Position numbers and translations under genes: made by a program. Under the pieces are notes generated by a model. The model did not search any database and was not told where the DNA came from. It worked only from the letters and a program-made list of their open reading frames with translations. A DNA stretch of 64,000 nt from Vicinamibacteria bacterium (lineage in GTDB: Bacteria; Acidobacteriota; Vicinamibacteria; Marinacidobacterales; Marinacidobacteraceae). This document shows positions 9,272 through 18,170 of this stretch, piece after piece (the first letter of the stretch is position 1; every line of letters begins with the position of its first letter). The stretch spans positions 32,001 to 96,000 of the forward strand of contig OZ219816.1 in NCBI GenBank assembly GCA_964291235.2, read 5' to 3'.

Positions 9272-11143
9272 GTGCGCCTGACCGGAACTTCAAGACATCG
9301 AGCGGCCTGGGGCGCCGTCGTCGCGACGCTCCTCATCGCCGGGGTGGCGATCTCGTCACCGCCTGCGGCAGCCCCGGTGGCCGACGCCGCCCGGGTCGGT
9401 GACCTCGACGCGGTGCGGGAACTCCTCGCCCGGGGCGAGGATGCCAACGCCGCCCACGGGGACGGCATGTCGGCGCTTCATTGGGCCGCCGAGCAGGGTC
9501 ACGCGGAACTCGTTCGGACCCTGATCCAGGGCGGCGCCACGGTGGACGCGACCACCCGCATCGGAAGCTACACGCCGCTGCACGTGGCGAGCGCCGCCGG
9601 CCAGGCGGAGGTCGTGAGGCTGTTGCTGGAGGGCGGTTCCGATGCCGCCAGCACAACCAGCAACAGTGGAGCCACTCCGCTGCACCTCGCCGCGAATGCC
9701 GGGAGCGTTGACACGATCACCGCACTGATCGACCACGGCGCCGAGGTAGAGGCACGGGAGAGGACCTGGGGCCAAACGCCCCTGATTTTCGCCGCGGCCC
9801 GCAACCGCGTGGACGCGATCCGGGCCCTGCTGGAGCGGGGCGCGGACCCGAACGCCACTTCCAACGTCGTGGATCTGGTGACCGACTACGAACTCGCCGA
9901 GGCGGCGAAGAAGCGGCAGCGAGCCGTGCTGGAGGCTTTCGCCAGCGGTGAGGAAGAACCCAATTCAGCCGCGGTGCAGACGGCCGTGCTCGCGGCCCGC
10001 GAGTTCTATCTCGCCGGGGAGATTCCGCCGAAGGACGATGGCGAGGAAGATCCGTTCGCCGCGTTCCGGCGGCCGCAGCTCAAGTCCAAGGGGGGTCTGA
10101 CGGCCCTGCTCCACGCGTCGCGGCAGGGATTCCACGGCGCGGCTACCGCCCTCCTCGATGGAGATGCCGACATCAACCAGGCGTCTGCCGGCGACGCCAC
10201 CAGCCCGCTACTGATGGCCACCATCAACGGGCAGTTCGACATCGCGATGATGCTGCTTGAACGGGGCGCCGATCCCACGGTGGCGGCCAACGAGAACGGC
10301 GTGACGCCGCTGTGGGCGACCGTCAACGCCGAGTGGCAGCCTCGCACCCGGTTCCCGCAACCGCAGGAGCACGACCGGCAGGAGGCCACCTATCTGGACC
10401 TCATGCGGGCGCTTCTGGATGCGGGCGCCGATCCGAATGCCCGGATCACCAAGCACCCGTGGTACATGGTGTACAGCGGATGCGGCAACCGGAATTGCGG
10501 CCTCGCGGACACCGCCGGCTCGACTGCGTTCTGGCGGGCGGCCTACGCCACCGACGTGGCCGCGATGCAATTGCTGGCCGAGTATGGAGCGGATCCGAAC
10601 ATTCCAACCAAGGCGTCGGCGCCACGACGGCGGCGGGGTGGCACGACGACCGTGAACGCGGACGCGAAGGGTTCCCTCGCGGCCCTGCCGGCGGCTCCCG
10701 GCCTCTGGGTCCCAACCGACCTCACATCGATGGGACCGGATCCGTCGGGCCTCCCGCCGTACAAGGCTGGGGACCCCGGGGTGTATCCGATCCACGCCGC
10801 CTCCGGGGTGGGCTACGGTGAAGGCTTCGCCGGGAATGCCCATCGGCACGCGCCGGACGCCTGGCTCGCGGCTGTCCAGTACCTGGTGGAACTCGGGGCC
10901 GATGTGAACCAGCGCGATTTCAACGGCTACAACGCGCTCCATCACGCGGCCGCGCGCGGCGACGACGAAATGATCCTGTACCTGGTGGAGAAGGGATGCG
11001 ATGTCACCGCGGTGAGCCGGCGCGGCCAGACAACCGCCGACATGGCCAATGGCCCGGTCCAGCGGGTGTCGCCGATTCCCGAAACAGTGGCGCTGCTGGA
11101 GAGCCTGGGCTCAAAGAACAACCACAACTGCGTCTCGTGCTAG
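9272..11143 (+). CDS. Secreted ankyrin-repeat protein
   Basis: Signal peptide and multiple ankyrin repeats (GMSALHWAA, YTPLHVAS, ATPLHLAA, QTPLIFAA, YNALHHAA). Confidence 0.9.
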   Translation: MRLTGTSRHRAAWGAVVATLLIAGVAISSPPAAAPVADAARVGDLDAVRELLARGEDANAAHGDGMSALHWAAEQGHAELVRTLIQGGATVDATTRIGSYTPLHVASAAGQAEVVRLLLEGGSDAASTTSNSGATPLHLAANAGSVDTITALIDHGAEVEARERTWGQTPLIFAAARNRVDAIRALLERGADPNATSNVVDLVTDYELAEAAKKRQRAVLEAFASGEEEPNSAAVQTAVLAAREFYLAGEIPPKDDGEEDPFAAFRRPQLKSKGGLTALLHASRQGFHGAATALLDGDADINQASAGDATSPLLMATINGQFDIAMMLLERGADPTVAANENGVTPLWATVNAEWQPRTRFPQPQEHDRQEATYLDLMRALLDAGADPNARITKHPWYMVYSGCGNRNCGLADTAGSTAFWRAAYATDVAAMQLLAEYGADPNIPTKASAPRRRRGGTTTVNADAKGSLAALPAAPGLWVPTDLTSMGPDPSGLPPYKAGDPGVYPIHAASGVGYGEGFAGNAHRHAPDAWLAAVQYLVELGADVNQRDFNGYNALHHAAARGDDEMILYLVEKGCDVTAVSRRGQTTADMANGPVQRVSPIPETVALLESLGSKNNHNCVSC

Positions 11144-11322
11144 CAGCCTGTGGCAAAACCCCCGCGGCGTTCGCCGGGCGATGCATCCCGGCTGAACCGC
11201 GCCTCTGCGAGGCGCTCATCGTTGCGTTTTGGTCGAAATACACCCGGTATTCCTCCCTCACGCGCCTTGTCAGCCGGGCGCCTCACCCGTCTCGGCGCTC
11301 ACGGGGGTTTCACCACAGGCCG
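11144..11322. mobile_element. MITE-like structured repeat, copy 1 (179 bp)
   Basis: Imperfect 21-bp terminal inverted repeats (CAGCCTGTGGCAAAACCCCCG / CGGGGGTTTCACCACAGGCCG), CTAG on both sides, second copy at 34493. Confidence 0.75.
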
Positions 11323-11328
11323 CTAGCC

Positions 11329-12084
11329 CTGTCCCGGCGCTGGACGGCGGCCGCGCTTCTGGTGGCGGGCACGCTTCCGGTGGCGGCCTCGGCGCAGGAG
11401 GCTCCGGAAGTAGCGCCCTGGATGGAAATGACCCTGGTCGGGGTAGATCCCGGCCAGGTGGACGAATTCCTGGCGGCGCAGCGGGAGTTGGCTTCGCTTG
11501 AAAAAGAGGCCGGCGTGCCCTGGCGCAGCGTCGCCCGGACCGCCGTATTCGGCGACACCTACCGGTTCGTGATCACGACCCCGCTTGTCCAGTTCGCGCG
11601 GCTCGATCGGCCCGGAAGCTCCGATCCGGCGCGCGCGAGCATCGAGAACCGTATCGAGCGCACCGTCACCAGCCACACCACCTTTGCGCTGCGGACGACC
11701 CCCGACCTCGACAACCCGCTCCCCGACGAGCGCGAACCGGCGCTCACCCTCGTCCAACGGGTCACCGTGGTGCCGGGACGGGAACAGGACTACATCAGGG
11801 TGATGGCCGAGGACGTGCTGCCACACTTCAAGGAAGCGAACATGCACCACGCTTCGGGCGCCTTGACGCTTGGCGGCGACAGCGGTTACGTGCACTTCTT
11901 TCACGTCGGGAACTTCGCGGCACTCGACCAGGGATCGCCCCTCGCTCGCGCCCTTGGCGCGGAAGGCGCCCTCGAGATCACTTCGAAACTTGCGGGAGTT
12001 CTCTCGCGTTCGGAGCAGTGGGTCGTCCGTTATCTTCCCGACATCAGCTTCCGGCCCGAGGTGGAAGCCGAAGGCGAGAACTGA
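11329..12084 (+). CDS. Hypothetical secreted protein with two repeated dimeric alpha/beta-barrel (NIPSNAP-like) units
   Basis: Signal-peptide-like SRRWTAAALLVAGTLPVAASAQ. Internal repeat VDPGQVDEF...FARLD / VVPGREQDY...FAALD. Start unclear (CTG 11329). Confidence 0.65.
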   Translation: MSRRWTAAALLVAGTLPVAASAQEAPEVAPWMEMTLVGVDPGQVDEFLAAQRELASLEKEAGVPWRSVARTAVFGDTYRFVITTPLVQFARLDRPGSSDPARASIENRIERTVTSHTTFALRTTPDLDNPLPDEREPALTLVQRVTVVPGREQDYIRVMAEDVLPHFKEANMHHASGALTLGGDSGYVHFFHVGNFAALDQGSPLARALGAEGALEITSKLAGVLSRSEQWVVRYLPDISFRPEVEAEGEN

Positions 12085-12238
12085 CGTCCCCGGGGCAAAG
12101 TTCGCCGTCCCGCCCCGGTGAACGGAATACGGGCCGGTACGTCGGGGAGTTTCGCGATCCTGCCGGGTCGCGATTCCGGCCTGGAGGCCGGCGCTCCGAG
12201 GCTCCCGCTACGCGGGACCCGGCTACAATGGCTGGCGC

Positions 12239-13513
12239 GTGCCTGGGAAGGGAAAGAGCCGAAGCGGCGGCCCCGCCGACAGCCTGAGTTGCTCGTTCTG
12301 CAACAAGCAACAGGGCTCGGTCGGCAAACTGATCGCCGGACCTGACCGAATCTTTATCTGCGACGAATGCGTTGCAATTTGCAACGACATCATCGCGGAC
12401 AAGGGCAAGGCTGCCACGCCGGGCCCGGACCGCAAGCGCCACCTGACGCCAAGCGAAATCAGGAAGCGCCTGGACGAATACGTGGTCGGCCAGGAAGAGG
12501 CGAAGAAGAAGCTTGCGGTCGCGGTGTACAACCACTACAAGCGGATTCGGCTCACCCGCAACACGGCCCGGGAGCCGGATTCCGTCGAACTAAGCAAGAG
12601 CAACGTGCTGCTGCTCGGCGAAACCGGCACCGGAAAGACCCTGCTCGCCCAGACGCTCGCGCGCATCCTGGACGTTCCCTTCACGATCGTGGACGCCACC
12701 ACTCTGACGGAGGCGGGATATGTCGGGGAAGATGTGGAGAACATCATCCTGAAGCTGCTCCAGGCCGCGGACGGAGACATCGCCCGGGCTCAGGAAGGCA
12801 TCATCTATGTGGACGAGATCGACAAGGTCTGCCGCAAGGACGAAAACCCCTCCATCACTCGCGACGTCTCGGGAGAAGGGGTCCAGCAGGCCCTCCTGAA
12901 GATCGTCGAAGGCACGCTCGCCAGCGTCCCCCCCCAGGGAGGGCGCAAACACCCGCACCAGGAGTTCCACCAGGTGGACACGACGAACATCCTGTTCATC
13001 TGCGGCGGCGCCTTCGTGGGTCTTGAATCGCTCATCGAACGGCGCATCGGGACCAAGGCGCTCGGTTTCGCCGCTGACGTACCGGAAAACGCCAAAGCCC
13101 GGCGGGAGGCCACCCTCGACCAGCAGCAACCGTCCGACCTGATCCGCTACGGGCTGATCCCCGAATTCGTGGGTCGGCTGCCGGTGGTCGCAACGCTCCA
13201 CAGCCTCGGCACGCAGGAACTGATCCGGATCATGACCGAACCGAAGAACGCCATCGTGAAGCAGTACCAGGCGCTGCTTCGCGACGAGGGCGTCGAGCTG
13301 ACGTTCACCGCGGAAGCTCTCGAAGCGGTCGCCGTCCGGGCTTCCGAGCGCGACCTTGGAGCTCGAGGCCTTCGCATGATCATCGAAAACCTCATGCTGG
13401 ATCTCATGTACGACCTCCCTTCCCGAAAGCAGGTGCGCGAGGTCGTGATCACCAGGGAATTCGTCACCGGGCAGGCCGACCCGGTGACCGTTCTTTCCCA
13501 AAAGGCCGGCTGA
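12239..13513 (+). CDS. clpX: ATP-dependent Clp protease ATP-binding subunit
   Basis: Zn finger CSFC...[41 protein letters not shown] upstream at 12224. Confidence 0.97.
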   Translation: MPGKGKSRSGGPADSLSCSFCNKQQGSVGKLIAGPDRIFICDECVAICNDIIADKGKAATPGPDRKRHLTPSEIRKRLDEYVVGQEEAKKKLAVAVYNHYKRIRLTRNTAREPDSVELSKSNVLLLGETGTGKTLLAQTLARILDVPFTIVDATTLTEAGYVGEDVENIILKLLQAADGDIARAQEGIIYVDEIDKVCRKDENPSITRDVSGEGVQQALLKIVEGTLASVPPQGGRKHPHQEFHQVDTTNILFICGGAFVGLESLIERRIGTKALGFAADVPENAKARREATLDQQQPSDLIRYGLIPEFVGRLPVVATLHSLGTQELIRIMTEPKNAIVKQYQALLRDEGVELTFTAEALEAVAVRASERDLGARGLRMIIENLMLDLMYDLPSRKQVREVVITREFVTGQADPVTVLSQKAG

Positions 13514-13522
13514 CCCGGTGTC

Positions 13523-13642
13523 GTAGCCGGTGGATGCAATGACGTGCGCACCGAGCTCGGTAAGTCGCCCGGCTGACGAATGGCACCATTCGGCCGGGAT
13601 GGATCACCGGCTGAACGCCGCGTAACTTCATTCACCGGCTGC
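13523..13642 (+). other. Structured intergenic element (candidate ncRNA or repeat)
   Basis: 14-bp closing stem 13523-36 with 13629-42 (two G-U pairs), enclosing a 12-bp palindrome and a hairpin. Confidence 0.4.
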
Positions 13643-13678
13643 CAGGTCCTTCAGGACCCTTCTCTCTACTTCCCACCC

Positions 13679-14308
13679 ATGCCAAAAACCCCCCGCGACC
13701 GCGCCGTCTTCATCACGAGTGCCGTCACCCGCGCGGGCTTTCCGCCGCCCGCGCTTCCCGAGGTGGCGTTCGTGGGGAGGTCGAACGTCGGCAAGTCGAG
13801 TCTCCTGAATCGGCTCGTTGGTCAGCGGAGGCTGGCCCACGTTTCCCGGACTCCCGGACGCACCCGCATGGTCAACTTCTTTGAGGTTGTCGGTAGCCAC
13901 CGCCTCGTGGATCTTCCCGGGTACGGCTACGCGCGGGCGCCCGAGGCGCTCCGGGCCGGCTGGGAGGATCTGGTGCTGTCCTACCTGACTGCACGCCAGA
14001 GCCTCGTGCTGAATCTGCTCCTGGTCGATGCGCGGCGCGATCCGCTGGAGAGCGACCTCAGGGCACTCGAACTGCTTGGCTCCAGCGAGCGGCCGGTTGC
14101 CGTCGTGGCGACCAAAATGGACAAACTGAAGAGCGCGCAGGCCGCATCGACACTTCGTCAGCTTTCCGAGGCATTCGGCAGCGACGGCCGTCTCCCGGTC
14201 ATTCCGTGTTCCAATGTTCCGAGCAACAAGCGATCGCGAGATCCTGGCCGGGAAGGAATCGCCAGGATCCGGCAGTTGATCGCCGAACGGGTGGAGGCGT
14301 GGCGCTGA
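13679..14308 (+). CDS. engB: Ribosome biogenesis GTPase YihA/YsxC
   Basis: GRSNVGKSS, TPGRT, DLPGYGYA, TKMDK. Confidence 0.95.
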   Translation: MPKTPRDRAVFITSAVTRAGFPPPALPEVAFVGRSNVGKSSLLNRLVGQRRLAHVSRTPGRTRMVNFFEVVGSHRLVDLPGYGYARAPEALRAGWEDLVLSYLTARQSLVLNLLLVDARRDPLESDLRALELLGSSERPVAVVATKMDKLKSAQAASTLRQLSEAFGSDGRLPVIPCSNVPSNKRSRDPGREGIARIRQLIAERVEAWR

Positions 14309-15660
14309 GTTCCGGCGCCGGGACAATCCGGCGTCGTTCCCGCAAGGTCTTCCGGGCCGGTCCCCGGGTGCTCGAGAAGGCCGCTCCGCCATCCGGTCCC
14401 ACGCTCTATACGGCGGAACTCGCTCGGATGAGCCCGGAGGACCTGCAGCGCGTGGCGGGCGATCTCGGGATCGATACCCCGGACGCGCTGACGCGGCAGG
14501 ACCTGCTCTACCGGGTGCTCGGCGCTCACACGACCCAGGGGGGACGGGTGGTCGCCCAGGGGACTCTGCACCGCCTGGTGGAAGGGTTCGGATTCCTGCG
14601 CTCGCCCATCAACTCCTATCTACCGGGTCCCAACGACGTCTATGTCTCACCCACCCAGATCCGGCGTTTCAACCTGCGGAACGGCGACATGCTGCTCGGG
14701 GATGTCCGCAGACCGCGACGTGGGGAGCGGTACTTCGGACTGCGGGACCTCGAACTGGTAAACGGGGAACCCGCGGTGGAGAATCCGGACCGGCCGGAAT
14801 TCGAGTCGCTCACCCCGCTCCATCCGGATCGGATCATCCGGCTCGAGAATGACTCCGGGGACCTGGCCGCCCGGGTGGTGGACCTCGTGGCTCCCATTGG
14901 AGCCGGACAGCGCGGACTCATCGTGGCGCCGCCGCGGGCCGGCAAGACCGTTCTCCTGCAGTCCATCGCCAATGGGATTCAGCGCAACCACCCGGACATC
15001 GAGTTGCTCGTGCTCCTCGTGGACGAGCGGCCGGAGGAAGTCTCCGACATGGCCAAGAACGTCCGGGGCGAAATCCTGAGCTCGACCTTCGACGAACGGG
15101 GTATCCGCCACATCCAGGTGGCCGAAGCGGCGCTCGACCGCGCCAAACGCCGGGTCGAGCTCGGCAAGGATGTGGTCATCCTGCTGGACTCCCTGACCCG
15201 ATTGGCGCGGGCTTACAACCACACGAAGGCCTCCGCGCAGGGCCGGCTGCTCTCCGGAGGCATGGACGCGACGGCCATTCAGTATCCGAAGAAGTTCTTC
15301 GGCGCCGCCCGCAACATCGAGGATGGCGGCTCGCTCACCATCCTGGCCACCGCGCTGGTGGATACCGGAAGCCGTCTCGACGATCTCGTATTCGAAGAGT
15401 TCAAAGGCACCGGGAACATGGAAATCCATCTCGACCAGCGGCTTCTCGAGCAGCGCCTCTTCCCCGCCATCGACCTGCACCAAAGCGGCACCCGGCGGGA
15501 GGAACTGCTGCTGTCTCCCGGGGAATTGCAGCGGATGGTGGTGCTCCGGCGTGTGCTCGCGTCCCTGGACGCTGTAGAAGCGATGGCGCTCGTCATCGAA
15601 AAAATGGGACAGACAGCGTCGAATGCCGCTTTCCTGGAGGCGATGACGGACTCGGAGTGA
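14299..15660 (+). CDS. rho: Transcription termination factor Rho
   Basis: [57 protein letters not shown]. Start approximate. Confidence 0.96.
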   Translation: MALSSGAGTIRRRSRKVFRAGPRVLEKAAPPSGPTLYTAELARMSPEDLQRVAGDLGIDTPDALTRQDLLYRVLGAHTTQGGRVVAQGTLHRLVEGFGFLRSPINSYLPGPNDVYVSPTQIRRFNLRNGDMLLGDVRRPRRGERYFGLRDLELVNGEPAVENPDRPEFESLTPLHPDRIIRLENDSGDLAARVVDLVAPIGAGQRGLIVAPPRAGKTVLLQSIANGIQRNHPDIELLVLLVDERPEEVSDMAKNVRGEILSSTFDERGIRHIQVAEAALDRAKRRVELGKDVVILLDSLTRLARAYNHTKASAQGRLLSGGMDATAIQYPKKFFGAARNIEDGGSLTILATALVDTGSRLDDLVFEEFKGTGNMEIHLDQRLLEQRLFPAIDLHQSGTRREELLLSPGELQRMVVLRRVLASLDAVEAMALVIEKMGQTASNAAFLEAMTDSE

Positions 15661-15662
15661 TC

Positions 15663-15696
15663 GCAGCCGCGGGGTTTCACCACAGGCTGCTAGTAT
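15663..15696 (+). repeat. Collapsed MITE derivative overlapping an extended -10 (TGcTAGTAT) upstream of rpmE
   Basis: GCAGCC followed by GCGGGGTTTCACCACAGGCTGCTAG, matching the right TIR of the 11144 and 34493 elements. Confidence 0.65.
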
Positions 15697-15709
15697 TCGC
15701 GCCCTTCAC

Positions 15710-15949
15710 ATGCGCGCCGGAATCCATCCCGAGTACGAGGACATCACGGTCACCTGTGCCTGTGGCACCAGTTTCGTGACCCGTTCCACTCGGGGCAGCG
15801 ATCTGCGGCTTGAGATCTGTTCCGCCTGCCATCCGTTCTTTACCGGGAAGCACCGGATCGTGGATTCGACCGGGCGCGTTGAACGGTTCCGCCAGAAGTA
15901 CGGCGAGGTTCGTTCGCGGCGGGCAGCCCAGGCGGGCGCCGCGCAGTAG
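15710..15949 (+). CDS. rpmE: 50S ribosomal protein L31 (Zn-binding type)
   Basis: [26 protein letters not shown]. Confidence 0.96.
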   Translation: MRAGIHPEYEDITVTCACGTSFVTRSTRGSDLRLEICSACHPFFTGKHRIVDSTGRVERFRQKYGEVRSRRAAQAGAAQ

Positions 15950-16154
15950 AAACTCCGCACCGGTTCGGCTTTCCCGCCGGACTCCCCGCGCCGGGCTTCT
16001 CCGGTGGACGGTGACGGCAAGGCACCTCCACTGGCCGGGACGTCCGCTACCCGCGGACCGCTACCATGATGCGCGTTGCGCCTTTCTTCCCGGAATCGGG
16101 GGCGCCGGGCGCCCTGCCGCGCCCGATGACGCGACAATTGACCAAGGAATCGCC

Positions 16155-17267
16155 ATGACCACCAAAGGCGCGACCGCCGCCGGATCCACCGGTGCGGGAC
16201 TCGTTGCCGCGCTCACCGCCGCGGAAGAGCGCTATCGCGAGGTGACCGAACGGCTCGCGAGTCCGGCAGTCCTCGCAGATCCGGCGGAGCTGAGACGCCT
16301 CGCCTCCATGCATTCCGAACTCGAACCGCTGATGGCGGCCGGCGAGCGTCACCGGGAACTCAGCGAGCAGCTTCAGGAAGCGATCGAGATGGAAAGCGAT
16401 CCGGATCCGGAGGTGGCGGAATTCGCGGCTGAGGAAGCGGCCGAAACCCGCGAAGCGCTGGATCGGATCACCGACGAGATCCGGCGGCGGCTGCTTCCGA
16501 AGGATCCGAACGACGATCGCAACGTCTTGCTGGAGGTGCGAGCGGGCACCGGCGGAGAGGAAGCGGCGCTCTTCGCGCGCGAGGTCTTCCGGATGTACGA
16601 GCAGTACGCGCGCTCCAACGGGTTCCGCGTGGACGTCGTTTCCAGCCAGGAGTCCCCGGTGGGCGGCATCAAGGAAATCGTCTCCGTGATCGAGGGCAAG
16701 GGCGCCTTCAACCGGCTGAAGTTCGAGAGCGGAGTGCACCGCGTCCAGCGGGTGCCGGCGACCGAGGCGTCCGGACGGATTCACACCTCGGCGGTCACCG
16801 TGGCGGTGCTGCCGGAGGCGGACGACGTCGAGATCCAGATCGACCCCAAGGACCTGCGGGTCGATACCTTCTGTTCTTCCGGCCCCGGCGGCCAGAGCGT
16901 GAACACCACCTACTCGGCAGTGCGCATCACGCACCTGCCCTCCGGTCTGGTGGTGAGCTGCCAGGACGAGAAGTCCCAGATAAAGAACAAGTCGAAGGCG
17001 CTCCGGGTGCTCAAGTCCCGGCTCCTCGAGCTGGCCCGCCAGGAACAACAGGAGCAGGTGGCCGAGGCCCGCCGCGGCCAGGTGGGCCGGGGGGACCGCA
17101 GCGAGAAGATCCGGACCTACAACTTCAAGGAAAACCGGATCACCGACCACCGGATCGCACTGACCCTGCATTCCCTCCCGAACGTCCTGGGAGGGGAGCT
17201 CGATCCCCTGATCGAGCCGCTCCACGCCCGCGAACAGTCCGACCGGCTGAAGGCGCTGAACCTCTGA
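16155..17267 (+). CDS. prfA: Peptide chain release factor 1
   Basis: GVHRVQRVPATE (PAT), GPGGQSVN, RSEKIRTYNF. ATG follows AAGGA. Confidence 0.97.
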   Translation: MTTKGATAAGSTGAGLVAALTAAEERYREVTERLASPAVLADPAELRRLASMHSELEPLMAAGERHRELSEQLQEAIEMESDPDPEVAEFAAEEAAETREALDRITDEIRRRLLPKDPNDDRNVLLEVRAGTGGEEAALFAREVFRMYEQYARSNGFRVDVVSSQESPVGGIKEIVSVIEGKGAFNRLKFESGVHRVQRVPATEASGRIHTSAVTVAVLPEADDVEIQIDPKDLRVDTFCSSGPGGQSVNTTYSAVRITHLPSGLVVSCQDEKSQIKNKSKALRVLKSRLLELARQEQQEQVAEARRGQVGRGDRSEKIRTYNFKENRITDHRIALTLHSLPNVLGGELDPLIEPLHAREQSDRLKALNL

Positions 17268-18136
17268 GTCGAGCGGCCACGATTCACGAGGCGCTCCGCG
17301 AGGCGGCGGGGCGGCTGGCCACCGCCGGTGTTCCCTCGCCGGAGTTTGATTCCCGGTTGCTGTTCCGCGCCGCCGCCCACTGGTCGGAGGCGGAATTGAT
17401 CGCCCGCGCGGGAGACCAACCCTCTCCGGCGGTGAAGAGGGCCTTTGACAGGCTGGTGCGCGAGCGGGCAACTCGCCGACCGCTCCAACATCTCGTTGGC
17501 GAGGTCGATTTCTTCGGCCTGACCCTTGCGGTCGGGCCCGGGGCGCTGATCCCCCGCCCGGATACCGAAACCCTGGTGGAAGCGGCTCTCACCCGATTCT
17601 CGGGGGACGACACTCTTCCGTTTCTCCTCGCCGACGTGGGCTGCGGATCAGGCGCCATCGCCCTGACCCTCGCCTCCCGCCTGCCCGCCAGCCGCTTCGT
17701 CGCGATCGACAACGCCCGGGGAGCGCTCGAACTCGCCGCCGAGAACAGCCGCCGGTGCCACCTCGAGTCACGAGTGCAACTGGTCGGCGCCGACCTGTTG
17801 ACGGCCGTCCGCCCCGGAACCCTCGACGGCGTGGTCGCCAACCTTCCCTATGTTCCGGATTCCTGCATCTCCCGGCTCGAGCCCGAGGTTCGGGACCACG
17901 AACCCCGCGACGCGCTGGCCGGGGGGCCCGACGGACTGGACCCGCTCCGGCGACTGGTCCGGATGGCGTCGCTCGTCCTTCGGCCGACCGGATGGCTGCT
18001 GGTCGAAATCGGCGCCGGCCAGGACGAGGCGGCGGCGAAAATCATCTCGAGCGCCGGATTGCGGAATGTGGAAATGCGCGCCGACCTCGCCGGAATCCCC
18101 CGGGTGCTCATCGCTTCGGCGGCGCCAGCCGGCTGA
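17264..18136 (+). CDS. prmC: Release factor glutamine methyltransferase
   Basis: LIPRPDTE, DVGCGSG, NLPY, HEP, EIG motifs. The N-terminal domain extends to CTG 17264, which overlaps the prfA stop. Confidence 0.92.
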   Translation: MSRAATIHEALREAAGRLATAGVPSPEFDSRLLFRAAAHWSEAELIARAGDQPSPAVKRAFDRLVRERATRRPLQHLVGEVDFFGLTLAVGPGALIPRPDTETLVEAALTRFSGDDTLPFLLADVGCGSGAIALTLASRLPASRFVAIDNARGALELAAENSRRCHLESRVQLVGADLLTAVRPGTLDGVVANLPYVPDSCISRLEPEVRDHEPRDALAGGPDGLDPLRRLVRMASLVLRPTGWLLVEIGAGQDEAAAKIISSAGLRNVEMRADLAGIPRVLIASAAPAG

Positions 18137-18170
18137 AACCGGCCCCCAGGCGCTGGGATAGGATCGAAAC

